Source: Lama glama
Taxonomy: Eukaryota
Assembly (NCBI GenBank): GCA_028534125.1
Contig: CM052816.1
Location: 97,652,001 to 97,716,000, forward strand
Length of the DNA: 64,000 nucleotides
Direction of reading: 5' to 3'
The position numbers were made by a program, and so were the translations under genes. Below, in pieces: positions 49,330 to 62,554 of this stretch. Numbering within the stretch: position 1 is the first letter of the stretch; each line of letters begins with the position of its first letter. The notes under the pieces are model-generated. The model was given only the letters and a program-made list of their open reading frames with translations, was not told the DNA's origin and did not search any database.

Positions 49330-50600
49330 TGAGGACAAACACAGATAACACAAATCTTCAGAGTCTAAGGATTTAAAGTCTAGTCCACAGTCCCTTGGCA
49401 AACAGAAATCCAGACTCAAACAGTGAATATTAACAGAAAGCAGAGTAGAAATAAAAAGGGACCACGGTGGTCCAGAGGAATATAAAGAAATGTTTATTCT
49501 AAACAGAGAGATGGCAGTGACCCCAGTGGGCTGGACAGCACTAGGGAGAACTCCAAGGTGACGGACAGTCGATCTGAGCCTTGAAAGGTGGGCTGGCCCC
49601 GGAGAGACGGGGAGGAAGACTTGGAGGGAGGTTCCTGTTGGGGGTGAAGAGGGTTAGTGAAGTTAGAGGCTTGGAACGCACAGAGCAACTGCAGAGGGTG
49701 GTTTACAAGAGGTGAGGCTGATGGAGAGGCACAGAGAAGAAAAGAGGGTCTGGTGCTAGACCAGGGATGCCTTCAACAGCATGCCGAGGAGTTTGACATC
49801 GATCCTCTAGAAAGTAAGGGAACAGTGAACATTTTAGAGTTGAAAAATGACTTAATTAAGCTTCATTTCAGGAAGGTTAGACCTGTGTTAGTGTGTGTCA
49901 TGCAGGGGCAAGAAATATCAGTTGAAAGGTGTTTTACTAGTTCAAGGGAGAAGTGATAACGACCTGCCCTGAAATGACGTGGAAGGAACAAGCAGGTGGA
50001 AGAGGGCTCTGAGACTGGATGGCCGGAGACAGAGTGAGAGGGAAGAGTCAAAAATAACCATGCTTTAACCTGAAGGGACCTAGAAAAGGGTGACAGTAAA
50101 GGAACTGGGGACATTGAGATGAGAAGTGTCTGAAAACAACATGCACACAAACCCCCAGGTGTTGGGGGTGAGATAAGAGCAAGAAAACCACAACGCCAGG
50201 ATGAAGCTCGAGACGTGGGATGAGAGCTGGGAAGAGCGTCAGGGCTGGAGATGGAGCTGGGAGTCACCCGTGTCCTGTTGGACACTCAGAGGTAAAGATT
50301 ATGGAGAGAAAAAAGGGAGTGAAGTCTGAATCTCAGAGAAGGTCAGTAATCGAGGTGATAGCAGCAGATACTGGAAGGTGAAGAAGAGGAGAAACTAGAA
50401 TCACAAGATACAAAAGAGAAGTCAGTGGTAAAGAAAGAATGATTAGCAGTGATGGAGGCTGTTGAAAGATCCCCAAAAGGAAGCTTATGAAAAGGCCACT
50501 GGAGTATTGAGCGGTGGGTATTGAGAACCATCTGAGCACGCAGTTTCTGTAGGGTGAGGGAGATTAGAGCAAGGCTGCAGAGGAAAAGGGGAGAAAACAG
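49330..50600 (-). mobile_element. L2 fragments
   Basis: Long purine-rich antisense-L2-like sequence (gccttcaacagcatgccgaggagtttgacat; gggctggagatggagctgggagtcacc). Confidence 0.7.
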
Positions 50601-50606
50601 AGGCTG

Positions 50607-50985
50607 TTTTAAAAAAGAATGACATCTTGCCATTTGCAGCAACATGGACGGACTTGGAGGGTATACACTCAGCGAAATAAGTCAGATAGGGAAAGACAAA
50701 TACTGTATGCCATCACTTACACGTGGAATCTAAAATGTACAACAAACTAGTGAGTTCAACCAAAAGGAGAAGCAGACTTGCAGATACAGAGAACAAACGG
50801 GTGGTCACTAGTGGAGCTGGGGGCGGTGTGGGGCTGCAGGAGGCAGCAGTACAAACCTCTGGGTGTAGGACGGGATCAAGGAGGTACTGCACGGCGTGGG
50901 GAACAGAACCAGTATTTTGTAATAACTGTAAATGGAAAGTAACCTTTAAAAATTGTATAAACAGTTTAAAAACTTTAAAAATGAA
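50607..50985 (+). mobile_element. 5'-truncated L1 3' end (camelid-type)
   Basis: aaaagaatgacatcttgccatttgcagcaacatggacggacttggagg...aatggaaagtaacctttaaaaattgtataa. Confidence 0.9.
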
Positions 50986-50988
50986 AAA

Positions 50989-51100
50989 GATCCTGGGTCC
51001 AATCCTCAGTATCTCCATTAACATAAATAAATACACAAATAAATAAATCTAATTACCTCCTCCCTCCATCAAAAAAAATTAAAAATTAAAAACTGAAAAA
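50989..51100 (+). mobile_element. 5'-truncated tRNA-derived SINE in the L1 tail
   Basis: tcctgggtccaatcctcagtatctccatta...aaataaatctaattacctcc is the 3' half of the SINE seen at 7150-7305. Confidence 0.8.
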
Positions 51101-51844
51101 GAAAGGAAACAGGCTGTAACCGTGCTGCGGGTTAGGCAGTGAAAGGAAGGTGTGACATGAGGTGCAGCTGGGGAGACAGACGGCCTAAGTGAACAAAGCT
51201 GGGGGCAGCTGGGCCGTGGAGGTGAACAGACGGGAGAGTTAGCCAGTTCACAGAACTGAGAGTTAATGGAAGGAGTGGTCTGACCTGTTTACTACTGACG
51301 TTTGTCAGAATGTATCCTGGATATAGACTCAGATCCAGGTGCCTTCCCTACAGAGCTGGAAATACTCATAAAATGAGTCCTCTGGAGCCAACACTCCAGT
51401 CAAAGAAAGAGGTGCAGTTTACATAACCTACCACCTTGCAGAAGCTCGGCTGTGGGAAGAGAGAGAGAGATTCTCTCAATGAGCAAACCTTGGGGGAACA
51501 TGGAGCTGAAAGATGAATGTAGTTATCAGCTGCAGGAAGGAAATAACAGAGAGCAAGACTTTAAAAAATACCCCCAAAATACTGAAAGAAATACATTTGT
51601 TTGGATTCCAATGATTTCAATATTTGGGTTAATCTAAATTTTATGTCTAAGCCTTATCTTAATGGGTTTTCATTAATTTTGTAAAGAAGTGCAGAGACTT
51701 CGTGAAAATATATGAGCAAATAGACTATTTGTGAGAGGTTTTACATTACCAGTTATTAAAAAATAATTGTTATGCTATTATCAGTGCTTTTATTATTTTA
51801 CAGAATCTAGGTCAGGCACCTGAACCTGATGAATAAGTGTCTTT

Positions 51845-51909
51845 TGGATAGATGGATGGATGGATAGATGGATGGATGGATGGATGGATGGATGGATGGA
51901 TGGATGGAT
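51845..51909. repeat. (TGGA)n microsatellite at an L2 3' end
   Basis: About 16 units with two TAGA variants; it explains the low-complexity [11 protein letters not shown]... Confidence 0.95.
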
Positions 51910-52794
51910 ATACTCTAGACTACCAGGGTAGTATTTATTTTTATAGCATGCTACTGAAACGAGAATTTGACTCAGCCATTGCTTATATCCAAAAGAGGTT
52001 TATCTTTAATGAAAGAGGAAATTTTAACATCCCTGAGGGATTGCACACCATGCAAATCCTCCTTCCATCTAAACATTTGGAATCCGGTTCAACCTCATGA
52101 CCATGGAAGAACTGTCATCCAAGCTAGGGGGCAGGAAGCGAGCGTCTCAGTTTCATTTCCATTCTGTTTACCAGTGGTCGTACTTACCGCAAGCCACAAG
52201 CCACCAGTGGCTTCAGCTGTGAGTTGTGGTAAATATGCCGTGTTTCGCCTCCAGCAAAAGATTATTTGGAGTTCACTTCCTCGCCTGAGGCCTCTGACAT
52301 CGGTAATAAGGAGGGACAGGCCTTCCAGTTCAAACATGGTGGATGGAACCACAGGAGCAGCTCTGGTTCTTCTTGGGCCCTCGCTGCAGGAGCCTCACAG
52401 GACGAATGCTCAGAAGTCCACAAAGGCAATGCAAACGGAAGGGGAGAGAGTAGTGAATAAAGAAAGTCAATAAAATTTGGGGAGCTGGAGAGCAGACGGG
52501 TGAGTGGTGACTGACGTGGCAGGACGGATGAAACGTAAATAAAGCGTCTGCAGTGAGGGAAAAGAGGTGAGTCACGTCACAGCTCAGATGAGGAAGATCC
52601 AGATCCAGGAACCGTCACCACCCCACGGAGGAGTATCTGAAATCAGCTGGGGGAGAAGCAGAACCCCCATCTCCACCCCAATCAAATGCTGGAGTTTTCT
52701 TCCTGGAGAAGTTGAACCGCAGAGGGTCTAATCACAAGGGCACCAGGCCCCGCCCAGGCCAGGCGGCCTTCCTGGAGGCGGAGAGGAACCAGAG

Positions 52795-52992
52795 CAGTGC
52801 TCTTCCATTCACCTTTCTGAGAGGACGGGAATGCTCTCCATCCGAGCTGCCCGACCACTCAAGAGCCAGTTCTGCCCTGAAACGCTTGACATGTGGCGAG
52901 TGCAACTGGAAAAGTAACTTATTTTAATTTTTATTCATTTTAATTAGTCTAAGTTTAAATAGTCACACGTCACCCAGCACAGGACGGCACAG
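52795..52992 (+). mobile_element. MER3-like hAT-Charlie element
   Basis: cagtgctcttcc...cttgacatgtggcgagtgcaactg...ttttaattagtctaagtttaaatagtcacacgt. Confidence 0.75.
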
Positions 52993-54504
52993 GCCTAGAA
53001 CCCGCACATCGGGGCCCCAGTGCCCCTGTCCTCCCTGGGAGCCAGGGCAATGGCAGCCAGTTAGGACGCAGGCCGGAGAGGGTGGAAACCCCTCCTGGGA
53101 GAACAGACCGGCCCAAGAAGAAAGACCTGGAGACCGGCCTCTGCGGGTCTCCAGCAGAACAGGGCGGTCTTCCCGTGGAGACTGCCCCCGGGACAGCCAC
53201 TCAGGAAGGCACCTCCTTTCACAGTGCGTCCGACCCAGGTTTTGTCAACTCCCTTTCAAACAGGAGTGGGCAGCCAGGCACCGTCAGCCGTTTGAAGAAA
53301 GCCTCCAACATGCCAGGACAAGGCCAAGACAAAGACAATTTTTCAAAAAGAAAGAGAGAAGAAAAAAGTCAAAGATAACAGAAACTCAAAACAAGCTAAA
53401 AGCTGGCGTGGTAAAGGGAACATAACATGCCACTTTAAAATCACACGCACTAATAATGTCAAACAGACGAGAAAAGGCAGTGTCTCCATGAAAGCGGCAG
53501 GACACGACGGGCAAAAGCATGACGGTTCCCAGAGAACAGAAACACTGAGGCCCCGAGGAAATGAAACCAAGAACATTTAAGAAGAGTTAGAAGGCAAGGA
53601 GGGGGGAGGAAATTTCCCGATGAAGGGCTGAGACCCACGCTGGGAGCAGACCCTGCGCAGGAGAAGCCTGCTCCAGGGGCAGGCTGAGCCTCGCGGGCTG
53701 CCTTGAACCCCACGGGGCAGCCTGGCCGCCCACAGGCCGCACCGTGGCGCGGACACAGTGCTGGGGACCAGGAGACTCAGGAAGACGCCCTCGCCCTGTG
53801 GGGCTGAGAAACTGTGGCTGACGTCTGGACTTTTCCTGGGATGTAGGGTGATGTAGCCTGAGAGCCCACGGACGGCAGAGCCCCCGGGGGCGGCTCCCCT
53901 GTGTGGTGATGGCGGACAGTCCCTGAGGCCTGACAGCCCCCCAGGTCCAGGATGGCCCTGAGTGGCTTGGGTTTCATAAACTGCCACGTGAAGTAGGCAG
54001 ATGACAATGAAAACTTTCCAGTGTAGGGCAGCTTCAAACAAACATTTATTTTGAACAAGGCGATAATGAGCCATTGTTTTCATTTCTAGAACATCACAGA
54101 TGCTGTTCATTAAAGTGTGTCAATCAGAAACAATTCTTTCATAGATATGAGCTCATTGTCAAGAGTTCCTGGGGATTCATTTGTGCAAAACTGAATAACG
54201 CTTGGAAACCCAATTCTAAAACCCAAGGAAACCACCAAGGGGGGGATGTGAAGGCTGGAGTGTGAACCCCTCACTGAGATGCTTCAACTGAATGCTGGCT
54301 TAATAAACACAGTCTTTTTATTTAAGTGCCTACAATCGATAGAATGTTTTTCTAATTGATTTTTGCCCTGGGTTTGCTTTTTGTAAAAACGTGAATCAAG
54401 TCAAGTAAAACAACCTCTACATTTTAAAAACTGGAAAACATGACAAAGCTAGCATTTCAGAATTCAGGTTCCTGGCCAGCATCCCCAATCCTCAATATCG
54501 CTAA

Positions 54505-54640
54505 ATATTTAGAGACGTAGCAGCAGATCTGGGTTTAAATCCCAGCTCTTGTATTTGGTAGCTTTATAACCTGGGGTGAATCATCTAACCTGTCTGAACT
54601 TTGGTTTCCTCCTCTGACACATGGTACCGCGCCAGAAACT
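54505..54640 (+). mobile_element. MIR SINE fragment
   Basis: gatctgggtttaaatcccagctct...acctggggtgaatcatctaacctgtctgaactttggtttcctcctctg. Confidence 0.75.
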
Positions 54641-55279
54641 TTTCAGCGTCATGAAAATGAAGATGCTAGTTATTGAAGAGAAGCCAGAGTCCAGGAAAAT
54701 CACGTGTGCGCCCTAGTGTGGAGCTGAGGCTGTTAACCAAGATTCAGTTGTCCAAATGTGTAATGATATATAAATAGCACATCAGAGTCACTTTTTAAAT
54801 TGAACACGTTATATTTAACACAATATAGTCACTGCTCCAAAAGGCATTCACCAGTGTTTGCGTTCCAATTTCCTTCATACTGAAGTTTCACAGAAAACTG
54901 CTGTTGATATTTTATATGAAATGAGCAAAAAGCCTCTTTTTTCAAAGCTATTTAAATAAGTATCACAGATCTCTGTCCCCGCGCACACACACACGGTACT
55001 CACCCACACCCAGGGTGCGCTTCATCACAGGATGTTACTTATGTGACTGACCTTTCCTGCTGGCAGCCAGTTGAGGAATTGATTGAGTTAAGTGACTATT
55101 ACTCATTTTCCCCTGCTGGCATTCCTTGAAGACTGTGATAATGCACTACCAAATTTTGGAAGTCGTGGAGCCTTTGTGGTGAGCTTCCTGCAGGCAAAGA
55201 TCAAACCCTACACCTCTCTAGACGTCAAAACTTTCCCCTATGAAGCCCCTACATATGTCCAAACTTCTCTGACGACAAG

Positions 55280-55441
55280 CATCCCCTGGGACAATGCCTC
55301 TGAAACACGAATGTAGATTCAAGTCCCCAGGAGGAAGAGGCTTTCATTACAATGCAGGTTATTATTCAGTAGGTCTGGGATGGGGCACATGAGTCCCCAT
55401 TTCTAACAAGCCTATGACCCAGGGACCATACTTAGAGTAGC
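55280..55441 (-). mobile_element. MER5A-like hAT element
   Basis: attcagtaggtctgggatggggcacatgagtccccatttctaacaagc...gggaccatacttagagtag. Confidence 0.65.
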
Positions 55442-57464
55442 CAAAATTGGGAGGTTGCCGAGTCATCAAGTGTGCCAAATGTTTCTTAATGTCAAGGAAA
55501 AATAAAAGACTGGACGTTGGCTTAACACACAGTAATTGCTAAGTAGATGCTTATTGAATGATGGATGGATGAATGGATAAATCAAGTGAGTGAATAAACT
55601 AATGAATGAAATAATATGATAACCTTTCTGACCTTTAGTTTCTCTTCTGTAAGACAGGGCAGCGCCTGACCTACAGGTGCTGCTGAAACTTGGAGAAGGG
55701 AGAGGACAGCTTCAGCCCAGACCGTCACGCGCCCCCGCCTGAGTCCAGCTCTGCATCCCCAGGCTCTCTCTGGTATAAAATGATAACAGTGGTATTCACA
55801 GCTACCTGCCAGGCTTGTTGACGGCTGAGTCACATCTGAGACTTTATCTACAGCGACTGATTCAATGCCTGCTGGCTGTTCAGACACTTGTAGATAAGAA
55901 AATGTCACGGAGGACATTTTGAAAGGTTCTGTCTTGCTCCTTTAGATTTTCCTTCCTCAAAGGAGAAGGCAGAGGAACTGGCCAAAATTTAGCTCTGCCC
56001 CAACAAATATAAATTTTGCTAAGACAACAGAGACAAAAAGCGTTGCTAGTAAAATTGCATTTTGGCATTTTTAGGAACGATCAGCATCATGTTTGTATTT
56101 CTAGCCTTTAATCTCCTGTATCTTCTCTATAATGGTTATGTTCTTATCAATAGGCTAAGATTTGTGTTCATATATCAGCCTGTAAAGCATATTTTGATAG
56201 TATCTACATGGCCAATTTTGAAAAATTCATAATCTAAAGGCATATTTACTATTTCCCAAAACCAATAATTAAGCAATTCTAATGAGCCAATATAAATGTT
56301 AAATTATTAAAATACTGTTATGTGAGTCTTTCTCACTTCAGGCTTTGACAAAAAATATTACATGTTTGACATATAGGACTCCATATTGAAAATCATCTGA
56401 CTTTATAAAAATCTTTTTTTTTTAATTTGATTACCAAGAGAGAAAACTCAAAGTCCAGGATAGTCAGAAAAGGCTTTCACAATTCTTCAGGGACAAACTT
56501 CTTTTCCCACAGCTGTCCATTCCACCAAGCTGAAAGGCTGGGCGTGTACGGCAGCCCTCGATCACCAGAAGGAAGAGGTGCACGGAGGGCTGGGCTGAGC
56601 AGAATACAAAGGGAAGCTACCTGGAGAAGCGGCCCGAATGCCCAGGGTCCCCACTTCTGCTGCCCCTCCTCCTCTCTCCCCACCTTCTTCTCACAGGTGA
56701 GAATCCAGAGGGAAGGAAGTTTTCCAAGGCCGTGTGGCTGGGTCGGGTCTCTCAATTTTCAATCCAACAGTCCTCCATGATTCCATTCCACCTGGGATCC
56801 AAAGAGCAAAATAATACTTACCAAGCTGGCCTCGTACCCTGATCACACCCACAGAAGCGTTCATGAGCACGAGATTCTACTGCAGTTCTGCCCCAGCAGA
56901 ACTCTGAATTCTCCCCGATTTTACATTTTAATATTTGGCAGTGCGTTAAGTTATGAGTGGCCTTAAATTATGCAGTTCCAAATGATAAATATGAAAAACA
57001 AAATTTTATGTGCCACTTCTTGTGTTTTTGGAATAAATGCCTGTCAGTGACTTGATTACACAGAGGTTGTTACGAGGTGACAGGCACACTTGTCAACTGC
57101 TCCAGTACCACAGCTTGCCACCAGACAGTGACGGCGAGACTGATGTCACTGTGGGCAGCAGAGAAGCAGATATCTGCAGTTAGACATTAATATGTTGTAC
57201 GGGGTCTTCGTCAGTTAATTGCTCCTTTATAGCCAACAGTGATTTGTTTACAACCTGGTCTCCTGAGCATTGATTACATTTTAGTCATTTCAGTGTTGAA
57301 ATAATCAATCTCAGATGAAGAAAGAAAAGAACATCTGGCTGTATTTGCTTTTTGTCACGTATCAGAATAGCTCCCCTAGAAAAATAAATAGTTGTGAATA
57401 CAAGTATTTACAAAGAAGTAGTTATGCGTGGACTCTTTAAACAAAAGTATCAAAAGTGAGCATG

Positions 57465-58533
57465 GTATTAAGGGGTTAATATTTAAAATATGCGAAAAAC
57501 GCATACAACATAACATCAGAAAACAAACAACCCAATTAAAAAATGGACAAAGGACCTGAATAGATCTTCAGGTTCAGATTCCAAAGAAGACATATATGTG
57601 GTCAACTGGCATATGAAAATATGCTCAGCATCACTAATCATCAGGGGAATGCAAATCAAAAGCACAGCGAGGCATCACCTCACACCTGTCAGAACGGTAA
57701 ATATCAAAAAGACGACAAATACCAAGTGCTGGCGAGAATGTGGAGAAAAGGGAACCCCCGTGCACTGTTAGTAGGAATGTAAATTGGTGTTTCCACTATG
57801 GCAAACAGTATGAAGGTTCCTCAAAAAATTACAAATAGAGCTACCATATAATCTAGCAATTCCATTTCTGAGTTTTTTTCCAGAAGAAAACAAAAATACT
57901 AATTTGAAAAGATATATGCACCCCTATATTAATTGCTGCATTATTTATAAGAGCCAAGATTTGGAAGCAACCTAAGTGTTCATCAATAGATAAATGGATA
58001 AAAAAATTATGTTGTGTATTTATATACAATGGAATATTGTATAAATATTCCATAAAATGTTCCATAAAAAGGAATGAAATCTTACCATTTTTGACAACAC
58101 AGAGGGATCTATAGAGTATTATGCTAAGTAAAATAAATTAGATAGAGAAAGAAAAATACTGTGTGATTTCATTTATAGGTGGAATTCTTATTTTAAAAAA
58201 CACAAATAAACAAACATAACAAAATAGAAAGGCTCATGGATACACAAAGAAAACAGGTGGGTGTCAGAGGGGAGGGGGATGGGCAGATGAGTGAAGCAGG
58301 TGAGGAAAATTAAGAGGTATAAACCACCAGCTTTAAAATAAGTGAGTCACGGGGATGACAGGTGCAACTCGGGGAACATAGTCAATAATATTGTAGTACC
58401 TTTATAGGGTGACTGATGGTAACTAGACAGCACGGTGGTCATTCTGTAATGCACTGAAATATTGTCTCACTGTGTTGTGCACTTGGGAATAATGTATTGT
58501 CTAGGTCAATTATATTTCAATAATAAATAAATA
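57465..58533 (+). mobile_element. 5'-truncated L1 (ORF2 C-terminus plus 3'UTR)
   Basis: aaggggttaatatttaaaatat...caagtgctggcgagaatgtggagaaaagggaaccc...ggtcaattatatttcaataataaataaataa. Confidence 0.92.
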
Positions 58534-58557
58534 AGTAGATTATTTATTTGTAGATTA

Positions 58558-58917
58558 TTGGATAATCATTCAGACTGCTATAACAGAAATACTGGGTGGC
58601 TTATAAACAGCAAACACTTACTTCTCACAATTCTGGAGGCTGAGAAGCCCAAGATGCTGGTAGATTCAATGCCTGGTGAGAACAATTTCCTTCACTCATA
58701 GAAGGCAGCATTTAGCTGTGCCCTCACGTGGTGGAGGGGGCTAGGAATCCCTCTGTGTCCTTCATAAAGGCACTAATCTCCTTCATGAGGGCTGCACCCT
58801 TACGACCAAGTCCCCTCCCAAAGGCCCCACTTCCAAATACTGTCAACTCGAACATCAGAATTTCACCACCTGAATCTGGGGATGAGAGAGGGGAACATAA
58901 GCATTCAGCCCACTGCA
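58558..58917 (-). mobile_element. MaLR solo LTR (MLT1A-like)
   Basis: cagactgctataacagaaatactgggtggcttataaacagc...ttctggaggctgagaagcccaagat...cattcagcccactgca. Confidence 0.88.
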
Positions 58918-59057
58918 GATGTCTCTGGTTAAAAATGAGTAAGCGAAGAGCATGCATACCTTGTAGAAGAGGCTGAGCTCCTTATATTAGGGCTAAATTC
59001 AGTCTCACTGCGTATTGATATCTTGTGTCAACAATCAGCTTGATGACACTGATTTTA

Positions 59058-59963
59058 TTTTATTTTTAAACTACTTTACTGAGATAAGATCGACCTTAAA
59101 AAGCTGTACATATTTCATGTGTACAGCTTGGTAAGTTTAGAGATTAATCTGCCACAATCAATGCCATAAACAAATGCATCACTTCCAAAAGTTTCCTCTC
59201 ACCTCACTTATTTGGTTGCAAAACCACTTACCGTAAGATGTGCAAAGGTACTCAACACAACTAGTTATCAAGGAAACACAGATTAAAGTCACCAGGAGAT
59301 ATCACCTCACAGCTGTCAGGACGACTATAAGAAGTAAAAGCAAGCAAACGAAAAATGACAAGGACCGGCAAGGATATGGAGAAAAGGGAACCTGTGGACA
59401 CTGCTGCTGGGAGTGTAAGTTGGTGCAGCCACTATGAAAAATAAGACTATCTTACGATCCAGTAAACCGTCTTCTGGGTATGTATCCAAAGGAATGGAAG
59501 TCAAAACTCAAAGAGGCGTCTGCTCTCCTATGTCCATTGTGGTATTTTCACAATAGCCAAGATGTGGAAGCAATCTACATGTTTATTGACAGATGAAGGG
59601 ATAAAGAAAACGTGGTGTGTACACACAATACAACATTATTCGGCCTTAAAATAAGAAGGGAATTCTGCCATTTCTGACAACACGGATGAACCTGGAGGAC
59701 TTTAGGCTGAATAAAACAAGCCAAACTCAGAAGGTCAAATACATGTTTTCACTTATATGAAGAATCTGGAATAGTCAAACTCAGAGAAACAGAGAGTAGA
59801 ATGGTGGTTCCCTGGGGCTGGTTGGGGGGAAATGGGGAGGAATTGGCCAAAGAGGACAAAGGTTTGGTTATACAGGAAGAATCAGTCCTAGAGAGCTGGT
59901 GCACAGCGTATTCCTAGAGCTAAGAATGCTGTGCTGTACACTTATAAACCTGCTAAGAGGGTG
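59058..59963 (-). mobile_element. Second 5'-inverted (twin-primed) L1 insertion
   Basis: 59058-59239 is the antisense L1 3' end with T-rich tail; 59240-59963 is the upstream part in sense orientation; perfect 13-bp TSD gacactgatttta at 59045-59057 and 59964-59976. Confidence 0.9.
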
Positions 59964-60799
59964 GACACTGATTTTAGATAAAGTTTAAAAGAATTTAACA
60001 AACAAAAGTTTTTTTTCCAGTCTTTATTGTCCGTAGTGATTTGGATCAACACCCTCAAAGCTAACGTCCCTTGAATGTTTCTGAGCTACTATCAGTGATA
60101 AACTACTACATCGTGACAATTAGTAAAATAAAAACATTCCACGATAACAAAAATAACAAAATACCTGGGCACCAGCGTAACAAGATATGAGCAGGACCTT
60201 TATGAAGAAAAGGAGGAAAATGTTTCTTAGAGGGAAATGTTTCTTAAAGGAAAATAAAGATGACTTGAAAATATGAAATACGGTGATAGGAAGACTGACT
60301 ACTACAAAGTTATCGTACATGTATTCAAAGTTAAATTAAAACCCCAATAGTGTATTTTGTTACATCACAATATGGATTCGAAGTTCTTCTGGAAAAATAA
60401 ACAAAGATAATTAAGAAGATACTGTAAAATTAATGAAGGAAGCTTCCCTTAATAAACATTAATATTGAATGTAAAACTGCAATAAACAAGGCAGAGTTAG
60501 TAAAGTATTAAAGCAAGTTATTTAAGAATGATTGATTTATGGGTAACTTAAATTTGTTCTTTTATATTCTTCTGTGATTTCTTTGGTGACCGTAGAAGCT
60601 TTTTATAATTAGACACAATGTAACATTTTTGAAAAGTGATTTTTATCATTACCTCCACTCTCTTCCCTCATTTGTACTTGTTTCATAGTTTTATGTGCAC
60701 TGTACAATTTAATTCCACAGCACTTCAATTTTCTTTTTCTCTACTGGTTAATTCCATCATTATGTAAACATCTTTCTATCTTAAAAAAAAATCCTTCCT

Positions 60800-61418
60800 T
60801 AGATTAAGAAGTAAAAATCTCCAGTTACAAAATAAATGAGGCAAGGGTATGAAATGTACATTGTGGGAAACATAGCAAAAAATGATGTGATATCTCTGTA
60901 TAGTGACAGGTGGTAAGTAGTCTTGTCATGGCGATCATTTTGTAATGTATAAAAGTGTAAAGTCGCTATGCTGTGTGCCAGGAACAAACATAGTGTTGTA
61001 GGTCAATCACATTTCAGAAACAAATGAATGAACAAGCAGATTCATAGGAAAGGAGATCAGATTAGTGTTTGCCACAGGCAGGGGGTGGGGAGAAGGGAGA
61101 ACTGGATGAAAGCAGTCAAAATACACAAATTTCCAGTCATGAGATAAATAAGTACTATGAATATAATGTACAACAAAATAAATGTAGTTAACATTGCTCT
61201 ATGTTATATATGCAATCTGTTAAGAGAGTAAATTCTGAGAGTTCTCATCACAAGGGAAAAATGTTATTTTACTTTGTATCTAGATAAGTTGATGGATGTT
61301 CACTAAACTTATTGTGACCATCATCTCATGATGTATGTAAGTCAAATCATTATGCTGTACTCCTTAAACTTATAAATGATGTATATCCATTATATTTCAA
61401 TAAAACCGGAAGGAAAAA
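60800..61418 (+). mobile_element. L1 3'UTR fragment
   Basis: ccagttacaaaataaatgag...ttatatttcaataaaaccggaaggaaaaa; diverged TSD aaaaaatccttcctt / aaaaactcctccctt. Confidence 0.85.
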
Positions 61419-61429
61419 CTCCTCCCTTG

Positions 61430-61760
61430 ACCCTCATACCCACCTCCAGTCTCCTCTCTCCTTCACAGCACTTTCCTTCCAGAAAAGAAGTTTATCAGTA
61501 TTGCCTCCAAACACTTACATCTCATTCCTGCTCCACTCATTCCAATAGGTTTTCTTCGCCCATCGCTTGGCTATCTGATACTTACACTGCACTTGGAAGG
61601 GCCAATAACAACCCCCTTATTACCAAACTCAACGGCCACATCGCTGTCCTCATTTTCCTGGATCTACCAGCAATATTTGTCAAAGTTGACCAGTTCATCT
61701 TTCCTGAAGCATTTTCCTTCTTGGCTTCTATGACTTACACGACCTTTATTGCATCATTCG
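61430..61760 (+). mobile_element. L2 fragment
   Basis: ccttattaccaaactcaacggccacatcgctgtcctcattttcctggatctaccagcaatatttgtcaaagttgacca resembles the L2 RT region; it explains ORF 61376-61843. Confidence 0.75.
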
Positions 61761-62047
61761 CTGTATTACACAGCTCTTTATACAACTATCTCTTTTCTTA
61801 TGTGTCTTCCCCATGTTGCTGTGAGCGTGAGAGCAGACCCTGAGTTACTCACCATCTGCTTTACTTTTACACATAAAGTTATTATAAAGAGTCAGTTATT
61901 TCTGAAGTGCCTGCCCTGAATTTATGGTGGCTGGAGAGGACATAGAAGATTATGTAACATGACATGGTCACCGTGATTCGCCATCCCCGAGGCAAGTAGG
62001 AGGTGGCATTGATATTAACGAAACGCCGGGACACAACGACACCAAGG

Positions 62048-62523
62048 TGAGACCGGCTGGGACCTGGGACCTAGGACCCTGTGCTGCAGTGCTTGCACCC
62101 AGGCAAATAGCTCCTCCAGCAACAGAGCACAAAGAAACTACAAGGGACTAAAAATAACTGTGTGTGTGCGCAGTTGGGGCAAATTAAGAATAAGATACAA
62201 AAAGACCAAAAACCCAACTGCCACTTCTGAGATGCTGGGAGCAAAAGTAAGGCTCTGTGTGTGCTCCCTGCACACAGCACCACCAAGGAGGTGGGCAGAC
62301 CACCTAAACCCCCCCTCCAGCCTGACCCCTGGGCCTGCCCCCACCTTCACCCCATTTAAGAGACCTGCTCGCCCCCACTCAGGAAGTGAGCAAGGGAAAA
62401 TGTTTCTTATTTTTGCTACCTCATGCTGCAGCAGGAATTCCAGAAAAGCTTTGCCTGAATTTCTCATCTGACTTCTTTTCAATTTCTATTGATTAAGGAG
62501 TTCAAGAACCCTGGTTGGTAACG
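62048..62523 (+). mobile_element. ERV1-type solo LTR (cetartiodactyl family)
   Basis: TG start (tgagaccggctgggacctggg), end ggtaac(g), TATA-like catttaaga at ~62353, and 4-bp TSD aagg/atgg. Confidence 0.8.
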
Positions 62524-62554
62524 ATGGTACATAACCTAGGTCTTAGTCAGGTGG

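Noticed and set aside
53577..54110. 177-aa minus-strand ORF and overlapping ORFs
   Set aside because: Pro/Gly/Ser/Arg-rich translation typical of GC-rich non-coding DNA; no family similarity recognised.
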